From assembly GCF_009914755.1 (NCBI RefSeq), contig NC_060938.1: 64,000 bases of DNA. One strand, written 5' to 3'. This document shows positions 54,155-64,000 of this stretch, piece by piece. Positions within the stretch are counted from its first letter, which is position 1. Each line of letters opens with the position of its first letter. The notes beneath the pieces are model-generated. The model was not told the origin of the DNA, did no database searches, and saw only the letters and a program-made list of their open reading frames with translations. The DNA is from the human T2T-CHM13v2.0 reference genome, Homo sapiens. The translations under genes and the position numbers were made by a program.

Positions 54155-54731
54155 GGAAGGGTTAAAATAAGCATTGTGGAGACCATGGTTCTTATTATGT
54201 AGATGAAGTCTCATAGGTGGCCTTCCTAATAAATGGTAAATGTTTCCTGTTTAGACCTTTAAAAGGTGCTAGCCTCTCAATTCATCTCTTCAGGATTGGG
54301 AGGGCCTGAAAAGGGGAAGATCTAGTTATATTAATATAGAGATTATTCATAGATGCAAATATTCCCTCAAAAAAGATGCCTTTGCAGGTCCATTTCAAAA
54401 TATAGAAGATATTTTGGGGTAAAAATATCTTGATTTCTTTCTTTTTGTGTTATGTGATGTTATACTAGAGTCAGGAATTTGATATCTTATTGCTACGAAG
54501 AATCTGTTTTGTCAGTCTTAAGATCACTGTTTTAATGTTAATGCTGGTCAGTTGCGTCTAAACTGGAAAGGGAGGAGGTTATAGTGAAGCATGTCTGACA
54601 TTATAATTACTGATATTCTGAATTACTGTCATGGCCTGAACTAGTTTTTCAGGTTGCTTTGGGATCATCTTAGCCAACAAGAGGGTCCATTCAGTCTGTT
54701 GGGGGGCTTAGAATTTTATTTTTGGTTTACA
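54155..54731 (-). mobile_element. MER4-family ERV1 LTR, 5' part
   Basis: Minus strand begins TGTAAACCAAAAATAAAATTCTAAGCCCCCCAAC, the MER4B/D-type 5' terminus. The 3' part is absent. Confidence 0.8.
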
Positions 54732-55342
54732 ACATGGCATATAGCAGGCTCTGAAGGAAATCAAAGTATTTTACCCCAAAATATATTTCTTTGACCTATT
54801 TTAAAGTGGCCCTACAAAGCTGTCACTTGTAGGGGAAATCTGCATTCTGTGGAGACTCTCTCCCTTATTAGGTCTTTTTGGGGAAGTCTGACACAGTTTA
54901 GATTTGATAAGAGACATTCACCATCTATTTTCTCTGAAGCCTCCTACCTGGAGGTTTCATTATATGACAAGAACCTTAGCTTCCATAACCCCCCACCCCT
55001 TACTTTAATTTAAGCTGACTTCAGTTCTTGAGGCGGAGCTTAACTCTTTCAACCAATTGCCAATCAGAAACTTGCTGAATCTACCTGTGACCTGGAAGAC
55101 ACCCCACTTCAAGGTGCCCCGCCTTTCTAGGCCAAGCCATTATATACCTTACATGTATTGATTTATGTCTTTGCCTGTAACTTCTGTCTCCCTAAAATGT
55201 ATAAAACCAAGCGATAGCCCAACCACCTTGGCCACATGTTCTCAGGACTTCCTAAGGCTGTGTCATGGGCCATGGTACTTAACCTTGGCAAAATAAACCT
55301 TTAAATTGATCGAGACCTGTCTCAGACACTTTTTGGTTTACA
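54732..55342 (+). mobile_element. MER4-family ERV1 LTR, 3' part
   Basis: ATAGCAGGCTCTGAAGGAAATCAAAGTATTTTACCCCAAAATATATTTC...TGTATAAAACCAAG...CACATGTTCTCAGGAC...AATAAAC...TTTTTGGTTTACA. Confidence 0.85.
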
Positions 55343-57304
55343 CTAGAAAGTGATTTCACTCTGACAAATCACTTTAGCAATATTTCATATTCTGTTGCAA
55401 TAACTTGAAAGAGTTAATGCACCACCTGAAAAGCTAACAAATACAACCATCAGGAAGGGACTTAGGTGCTGAAGGAATTGGATTCATTATGTAAAATGGT
55501 GCATGAACTCTCACTTTTTCAAATTCCTGGAGGACTTTTTGAAGCAAATGGAAATTTTGTGCTTGCATTAGTCTACCATATAGATTACTGTGATGAATTT
55601 AAAATCTTTGCCAAATGACTTAACCAAAAAATAAAAAAACAAAACAAAACAAAACAAACCCTCACACAGATGCCTCCAATTTGAAAATACAACGTAAGCA
55701 TATCTATTTTGTTACTCCCATTTATAGATTTTCCAATAATTTGAAAATAAACAAAACCTTCTGGCTTTACATGTCTGTGGGGAGTTTAGGACTGTAGGTA
55801 CACATATTTGAGAATCTTTTACATAAATCTGCATATGTTTACATGCAATGACAGACATACTGCCGCTTCCCAAATGTGGCTAGGGTAATTTAATCTTCTG
55901 CAACATTTTGCATAGCATATGTAGGTGTAATATGCTCCGAAACTTTACCTGAATATATGCAAAGTACACTTAGCTCATGCTTACATAGTTCTCATACCAC
56001 AAGATGTAGTTAGATCTGAGATAACACTTTATAGCTTTACATCTGTACATTTAAAGAACTCAAACCAAATTATCCATTGCAAGAAATGAGCTTTTTAAAA
56101 ATTTAAAGATACTCCTAGATTTGCTTATTGTGCATTCTTTGAGCTGATTTGTATTTCTTTAACTATTTTCTTTGTTTAACTTTGTAACTATTGAAATTTA
56201 TTTTTCTAAATTATTCAACAGTTGTAAGTTGGGGCTATTGAAAATTGTTGTAACACTGATTGTAAGAGCATTTACTCCAAAACAGTAAAACTATAAAGAG
56301 TAAAAATAATAAAAAGTAATATTGGTGTAAGCATAAAGAAAGCACTTATACATTTTTTAAAGGGGTAATATTACAAAATTTACAAAACTTATTAAATCAT
56401 ATAGAATATTATATTTTTACTTTTGTGTTGTTAGAAACACACTTTCTTTTCTTACGAGCCTTTGATTTCATAGACTGACTCTTTGTTCCAAATTCCTTAA
56501 TTTGAATAAATACCTAATGTTTTGTTTACCCAGAAAATATATATCTATTATAATATTATAGAAATACAAGTAAGCAAAAAGAAAAAAATAGCACCTATAA
56601 TCCTGTTATCTAAAGCAATGTTAACAGTCCATCCAGATATTTTCTTCTATCATACTTATTTGGCTAAAGTTTTTCATATAGATTTTTTCACCAAATTATA
56701 TATTTTTATATATATTAAATATTTTTCATGCCATTTGAATATTATTCTTCTGTAACATCTTCTTTACTGGCTGCATAGTTTTCCAATCATCACAGTTTTG
56801 AAAGCAACTTTCCTGAATTCTCTCTTTTATGTATTATAGAGATAATCTTCAAATGAAAAAATATCTTTTTGAATAAGAATTTTTTAAAAAATCTTATTTT
56901 CTGAAAAAGAGTTAAAAACAGCTCATCACCTGCTCACCAGTGGCTTCCTTCCAGTCATCTTCTCCTCCTTCATGACTGGAATGTTCTATAATGAGTGCCT
57001 CTCATTCATACATCCAATTTACCTCCATCTATATCATAGTTATTTGGAATAGTGCCTATGAGAGAATGAAGTGACCACACCTGGAACGTTATTTTCCCAC
57101 GTTAAAAGAACAGAGCTGCATTTCTTTTTTAAGGCATATTATTTAGAACAACTAATGAGCCTTATATTCATGCATGATGGTAAAAATTTAAAACTCCTGC
57201 CATTTTATTTTATAATTATGTCCTAAACGCTCAAAAAGTTAACAGATATGTATATAAATTTATATATATATTATATATGTTATATTATATGTAATATAAA
57301 TATA

Positions 57305-57705
57305 TAAAACCTGATTAGGTCATGACACTGCTTAAAGAACCTGGACCAGTCCTGTTTCTTTTGAACTAAACTAAAATCCTAAATGAGGCACAGCAGCTCT
57401 TCTATTACCAGTCCCTGCCTTGCTTTCTAGCTTCTTATTCCATCACTACCGCACCCAAAATTCTCTATTTGTATTGAATTTTAGCTCACATAGAGACGCT
57501 GCTCTTTTCTGGTTGGAATGCTTCTTCTGTTTTCACTTGATCTTCTCTTCCTCCAAGGTTTAGCTCTGGCATGTTCTCCCTTAGAAGCAGTCCTTGAACT
57601 CCCTATTTTGAGTCAGTTTCCCTTTCTCTGTGCTTATAAAGAACTGCAATGCTATGTTTTGATGTTCCTTCAGCTGTGAGCTCCTTGAAGACAGGAATGA
57701 ATGAA
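57305..57705 (+). mobile_element. L2 fragment
   Basis: ACACTGCTTAAAGAACCT...TTGGAATGCTTCTTC...CTGTGAGCTCCTTGAAGACAGGAA. Confidence 0.6.
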
Positions 57706-58344
57706 GGAAATTAGTTTACTTGTGCCTTTGAAAATGATCTTCAGATGTGTGCTTATGTATGTGGCCCTGCAGATGGCCTTTAGGATGCTCTCTTTGATTC
57801 CTTCCAAGAATAAATTGTGCATGTGCAAATCTGTTCTCTCTGCATATTGCAGAGCATATGAATGCCAGAGCCCAGTGGCTTGCTGCTGCTGGTCATAATC
57901 TAGCCTGAGTAATAAGTATGCTCTGTGTTATATAAAGAGCCTTAATTTTTTTTTGTCTCTGCCTCAAATCTATGGCTGAAAGAATATATATGTGACATTT
58001 GTTAGTGTCTCTCATTCGTTCATTTCCCCGTCCATACTCTAACTTACTAGGCACAATTATAAGCATCCAGGACAAAATGATGTTGCTATTGATACAGAGC
58101 CACCAATTCACCCATAGTCTTTAGATTTCTGAGGTATGCCTTTGCCCTACCACATTTTTCCTTTTGTTGCCGTGTTATTAAGCACTCAGACATTAGAAGC
58201 CACAGAATATAATTAAAAACATGATTCCTGACCTTGAGATCCCTTCAAAATACATGAGGGTGAGAGTGTAAAAAGATAATGTGTATATGGGGCACAAAAG
58301 ATATAAACATTTTAGAAATCCTAGTAATGTAAGCAACAATATCA

Positions 58345-58462
58345 ACTAGTATTTAATACCTGCCTCGTAAAGTATGATGATTAAATGAGTTAATATATGT
58401 AGAACATTTGGATAATGTCTGGAAGTATTAAGCATTTTATAAGTATTTGCTATTATTATTAT
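58345..58462 (+). mobile_element. MIR 3' part
   Basis: TAATACCTGCCTCGTAAAG...GATTAAATGAGTTAATATATGT...TGCTATTATTAT. Confidence 0.65.
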
Positions 58463-58690
58463 TTACTAATTATACGATAGATGCTGTTGTAAGCATTTTA
58501 CAAATATGAACCTTATATAACTCTCATTTAAATCTTCATAATAGCTTATGAAATTGATTGTATTATCATCCCGTTTTATATGTGAAGCAACTGAGGCTCA
58601 GAGACATAAGTAACTTGACATAGGTCATCTAGAATTCAGGGCCCCTCTCTCTAAACTTACTGACCTTTCCACTGCAGACAGCTGCCTCAA
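58463..58690 (-). mobile_element. MIR (tail-to-tail with the previous copy)
   Basis: CTCATTTAAATCTTCATAATAGC...ATCCCGTTTTATATGTGAAGCAACTGAGGCTCAGAGA...AAGTAACTTG. Confidence 0.75.
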
Positions 58691-59736
58691 ATTTATCTAG
58701 CAGTTAGAATTTCTTTTATTGTGCTACTCTGAAGTTATCTCCGAAATTATTTTACTTCATATTTATTGGAAGTACTAAGTGCCTCTTGGCTATAGATAAA
58801 TACAGGGTAATAGTGTCAGTGAGGCCTAAGAAAAATGGTAGAACATTTTCCTTTTAATTTTCTACTCACTTAATTTTTTTAACATCGTATGGCTCTAGTA
58901 TAGGTCACATAGAGTTCACTTTTAGAGGGCATGGTTATTTTAAAATACTTTACTCAAGTCTCCTCTAACTCAACATACAATTAATTTTAGATTTTGTATT
59001 GATAATTTTCCTCTGCAAAGATAAATTAACTCTTCAAATCAAAGCTGTAGAAGCTGAGTATTGACCGTAGTGAATAGTAAGACTTCCTTATTCTTTCCAG
59101 CATCACCTAAAGAGTTGTAAATTTTCAAATCTCTGCTTCTGTTGGTGGGAAGCACAGTTATTTATAAGCATAAATTACAAATCAATAACTAGCTATTGAA
59201 GACAAATTTTAAAAAAACTTCATTCTTATTTGTGTTTTTCTAGTTATATCTTCCTCCCTTAAAGGTTATTTTCAACTGTAAGTGTTAACCCTCATGTTAC
59301 TTTGAAAGTCTCTAAAGGGACTAATTATTCACATCTGCTTCCTCTGAATTTTAACCGGATTGAGACATGAGCTTAAGAGCCAAATACAGAATGAACTGTT
59401 AACATTATTATCAGTGAAATGGGCATATAGCTTGGATTTAAAGCTAAATTGGGTTTAGCGCTGAATTTGCTTTTCTCATGTCATTGCACATGAGAAACTT
59501 AGCAACTCAACCTCATCTCTTCAAGGGGCAGCCCTTCTCTCTGTGGGTATGAACTAGGGGAAGAAGGAGTGGTACATTACTTACAGGAAGGCAGGCTCTA
59601 TGAGAGACTGTGCTATCCATCCATGCTCAGTCCCTCTTCCTAATGCTCTAATCAGATTATCCCATGGCTCTTCCATTTGAGGTGGTGGGTAGAGGGTAGA
59701 GGTGAGGTAAGTGGTGAGGTGGAGAGATTGGACAGT

Positions 59737-60788
59737 TATCAGGGAACCTGCCCTGATAGTCACGTAGGTTCTTTTCTATTTTCCCTAAGCATCAGCTGGG
59801 TTGAGAAATAAAGGGACAGAGTACAAAAGAGAGAAATTTTAAAGCTGGGTGTCCGGGGGAGACAACACATGTCGGTAGGTTCCGTGATGCCCCACAAGCC
59901 GCAAAACAAGCAAGATTTTATTAGGGATTTTCAAAAGGGGAGGGAGTGTACAAATAGGTGTGGTTCACAGAGATCACGTACTTCACAAGGTAATAGAATA
60001 TCACAAGGCAAATGGAGGCAGGGCGAGATCACAGGACCACAGGACTGGGGCGAAATTAAAATTGCAAATGAAGTTTCGGGCACCATTGTCATTGATAACA
60101 TCTTATCAGGAGACAGGGTTTGAGAGCAACCGGTCTGACCAAAATTTATTAGGTGGGAATTTCCTCTTCCTAATAAGCCTGGGAGCGCTATGGGAGACTG
60201 GGGTTTATTTCATCCCTACAGTTTCGACCATAGAAAACGGCCACACCCAAGGGGGCCATTTTAGAGACCCACACTCAGGGGCGTATTCTCTTTCTCAGGG
60301 ATGTTCCTTGCTGAGAAAAAGAATTCAGCAATATTTCTCCCATTTGCTTTTGAAAGAAGAGAAATATGGCTCTGTTCCACCCGGCTCACCGGCGGTTGGA
60401 ATTTGTTCCCTAAACATTGCTGTTATCCTGTTCGTTTTTCAAGGTGCCCAGATTTCATATTGTTCAAACACACATGCTCTACAATTTGTGCAGTTAACGC
60501 AATTATCACAGGGTCCTGAGACAACATACATCCTCCTCAGCTGACAGGATTAAGAGATTAAAGTAAAGACAGGCATAGGAAATCACAGTGGTATTGATTG
60601 GGGAAGTGATAAGTGTCCGTGAAATCTTCACAATTTATGTTTAGAGATTGCAGTAAAGACAGGCATAAGAAATTACAAAAGTATTAATTGGGGGAACTAA
60701 TAAATGTCCATGAAATCTTCACAATCCACCTTCTTCTGTCATGGCTTCAGCCGGTCCCTCCGTTTGGGGTCCCTGACTTCCCGCAACA
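59737..60788 (-). mobile_element. MER11 (B/C-like) solo LTR of HERV-K11/HML-8, full length, 6-bp TSD
   Basis: Minus strand starts TGTTGCGGGAAGTCAGGGACCCC and ends GCAGGTTCCCTGATA. It has an internal 90-bp repeat and a minus-strand AATAAA at 59917-59922. TSD GACAGT (59731-59736) / GGCAGT (60789-60794). Confidence 0.93.
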
Positions 60789-60999
60789 GGCAGTGGAAGA
60801 AAGGAGCAAAAACTGTGTCGCAGTATTTCTTAGGAACTCTATTTTAGTCTGAGGTAAAAACATGAATAAGTTTAGGGTAGGTTCTTTTACATATACATAT
60901 TTATAAATTCTGAAAAGATCTAAGGTGATAAAGCAAAACAGTATGTCATATAATAAGAGCTTAGTGGGAAAGACAGACTTTTTAAGAACCCGTAACCCA

Positions 61000-61650
61000 T
61001 ACCAATGGAGTGTATTAAATACAATAAATACAATGGAACCCGAAAGCACAGGATACTATGGGAAACAGTGGAGAAACCCTCACTCAGCTTAGGAAGATGG
61101 GAATCTTGGGCAAAGTTCCCAGAAGAAGCACTATAATATCAGAATTGTCAACATAGAAGATTGCCATGTAATGAAGAATGGCAGTGGTGGTGATGATCTA
61201 TGGGGAAGAGCGTCTTCTATAGAACTTTGGGCCCAGGGAAATCTTGAAATTCAAAGGAATGTTAAGAACAAAGACTGTTCAGAGAAAATCACACCATTCA
61301 GTATTGGAACACGATGAGAATGAAATTAGAGATGCAGGTAGAAGCCAGAGAATGGAGGTCCTATAACTTATGTTGAGAAATTCGTATTTTACTGGAATGG
61401 TAGTTGGGAGTTATCACTAGACATAATGAAGGGTTTGGTATGGTCATACATGAAGTCTTTTGGTATCTCTATGGTGACATATTGTAGGACTATGAGTCCA
61501 GAATCTGGAGAAGCCTTAAGAGTTATAATAATCTAGATGAGAGCAAATGAAGTTGCAGGAAGGAGTGTTTTTGAGAAATCTGAGGCAATCCAATCCATGA
61601 AGTAGGTAGAAAGGTAGATACAGTAAATTATTGAGTGTGGAGTTAAGGCA
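61000..61650 (-). mobile_element. L2 fragment (decayed)
   Basis: GGATACTATGGGAAACAG...TTCCCAGAAGAAG...GGTAGAAGCCAGA...ATAATCTAGATGAGAG. Confidence 0.5.
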
Positions 61651-63864
61651 CAGAAGGAGTTAAAAGGGTGTTTACATACATTATTCACCATGACATGCAA
61701 TACTTTGTACTTATTTCTAACATAACATTGAATATAATTATTTGTTCCTTATATGATTATTCTCTGAACTCTCGTAAGTGTAATATTACCAATATTTTTT
61801 TCTGGAGTACAAAGAACTAAGAGATTTTACTGATAAGAGATAGTAAAATTTGCTAATTGAACAGTCTCTCTGGATCAAATTTAGCCAATATGAATGAGGT
61901 TAAGTCCATGAGGAGAATATAAGATAATCTTCATGTTTTGTTTTAATCTCAAAAATCCTAAAACTGTATTTGACAGAGGAGAATTTTTTGGTAATTGATA
62001 AACATGTCTAACCATTAGTAAGAAAAGTATTTTTGTTTCAGCAGCAGGGTTTATATTTACAGCATTTACATTGTGTAAAACCCATTATATTCCTATATCC
62101 TCAAAGGTTATATTCCAAGGGCAATTTCTGGCTTTATACTTTTGGGATCTGTGTATTTATGAGTGTGTGTGTGTGTCTGTACATATAAAATTTGACTTCA
62201 GCATATATTTTAAATATATTTTTTAATGTTTTCCTTATTCTAATGATGGAAATATTTTGAGTTATTTGTATTGTTGTGTCAAGTCTCCTTTGAAGACCAA
62301 AAACAAGCAAAACATAATAAAACAAACACAGAAACAAACAAAAAATGTCCAATTACTTCATTGTACAGTACGGTGCTCAGCAAATTCGTTTGTCTGGCCA
62401 CCCTTTCTCCACCCCTTCCACATCCTTTGTCTAGGAAGTTCCTTTGAACATTCTTCATCTATACAATATGATATTAATATAACAAAGATGCATAATTTAC
62501 TGTGGCAACCAGTTGTAGGGGCACCTCACTCAGCCCAGTGGGAGTTGGATATAGGAAGGTTTACCTGAAGAGATACTGTAATACCTGAATAGTGATGGTC
62601 AGTGTGGGAAGACCCTGTGTAATGAAGAGTTGTGGAGGTGGCGGTGGTCACACAGCATAAACCTGCACCGAGACAGAGTTAAATACTTTTCTGAAGGTGA
62701 TCAGTATACTCATACTGAGTTCATTTAATTTCTTCCTTGAGGACAGATAATACAGGATAACAAATTCCGTCTCTTTCTGAATACTCTTTTTGAGCAGAGG
62801 AGTAGGGACCTGGGAAATGTTGCCAGGAAACATTTTATTTCAGGTGGCTTAGGAATTGGAAAAAGCCTGCCCAAATTTAGTGGAAGAATACAGTACATCC
62901 GTGGAAAGAATCAGAGATTAGAAATAAAGAGAGGGTTTTACAGCACTCTCTACCCTGATTTTAATGCATTTTTAAGATTCAGCTGCATCCCTGCTCTTGG
63001 GTTTCTTAAGACACTAAACATCCTTGGGATGTATACACTATACTCAAGGAGTTTTCTATTATTCCAAAACAGAAGGGTGCTATATACACCGGAAAGTTTC
63101 TTTTTCAGTTGTTGATTAGGCTGCCAGAAAAGACAAAACAACAACAAAAAACCAAATATGTTTTGTGATCATGTGGTCTATCTTTAAAGCTCATTCCTAC
63201 ATGTTTTTCATTTGACAATACTTTTACCAAAGTATTATAACTTCTAAGGTATAATATTTTTCAGTGGTTGTGCTTAAGAATGCATCCAGGATTTTAGAAG
63301 GGGTAGGAAGAGTATCTCAACAAAATCACTATAAATTGACCTTGTTAAGCAAAAGTCTAACCACTCAATCAAAGTAAAATTTACTAGAGTGAGAGATAAC
63401 TGTGGGAAGGGAGAGAAGGACAGGAAAAAAATATACTGTTGCCCAGGTCATTCTATGGAGTTCAGAGAAATATGGCAAAACAAGCTCACTTGCCTGGGAT
63501 GGATGTAGAAAGATAAACACTGGGGTAAATGTGAGTTATTTTCAGTGGAAAAAGGGGTAGGTGAATTATCTCTCCCAAGTTGAAATATGCCCAGTTTTCT
63601 TAATTTTTCTTTCTAAGATAACAATGCTAGATCCACCAAACTAATTACTATCAAGGAGATTGAATGCAGTGGCTGTTTGGGATAGCTTATAGTGTAATGC
63701 AGTGACTACAGTTGCTTGGATATACAAAACCTTAACCCAGAATCATTCTTAGAGTGGTGAGAATTTGATATTACAGAGAACTGATGGGGGCTGGGTTTAT
63801 GAGATCTTATACATGATGCCAGACACAATGTGTGATTCTGGAGAAGAGAATAGAGATAATGATT

Positions 63865-63947
63865 TGATATCTTCATAGCCCTAGAAACTAGTTTGGTATC
63901 TGGCTCAAGATAGGCCCTTAGTAAATGTTTAGTAAATGAATGAATGT
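63865..63947 (+). mobile_element. L2 3' terminus
   Basis: TCTTCATAGCCCTAG...TCTGGCTCAAGATAGGCCCTTAGTAAATGTTTAGTAAATGAATGAATG. Confidence 0.65.
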
Positions 63948-64000
63948 GGATGTACACTTCTCCTTCCTATTTAGTGGGTTCTGTGTTGGTCAGATGCTTA

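Noticed and set aside
59960-60544. Longest ORF in the window (194 aa)
   Set aside because: Lies entirely within, and antisense to, the MER11 LTR. No domain recognised.
60553-60725. Direct repeats that might suggest a CRISPR-like array
   Set aside because: Only two tandem 90-bp units, intrinsic to MER11, with no unique spacers or cas genes.

Overview
AT-rich primate genomic DNA, most likely human or another catarrhine, judged from AluJ/AluS, a MER11 (HERV-K11/HML-8) solo LTR and a MADE1 element. It reads as intergenic or deep intronic sequence. I find no recognisable protein-coding exon, RNA gene, CpG island or prokaryotic system, and nearly all supplied ORFs are chance frames or lie inside repeats. 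A large fraction is interspersed repeats: old L1M fragments, L2, MIR, an RTE/L4-like fossil, five Alus, MaLR LTRs including one LTR-internal-LTR provirus, MER4-group LTRs, MER11, and the DNA transposons Tigger1, MER1A, MER2, MER63, MER113/Charlie4-like and MADE1. Family names come from remembered consensus sequences, not a database search, so subfamily calls are tentative. I cannot support a new biological system here. The best leads are: (i) candidate + strand non-coding exons, one holding a 4-codon ORF in an optimal Kozak context at 50479; (ii) a divergent pair of CTCF-like motifs (35226 on -, 44667 on +); (iii) a MADE1 hairpin whose left arm matches a miR-548-type 5p sequence; (iv) a head-to-head MER4 LTR chimera; (v) a MIR-derived everted nuclear-receptor repeat; and (vi) a rearranged Tigger1.
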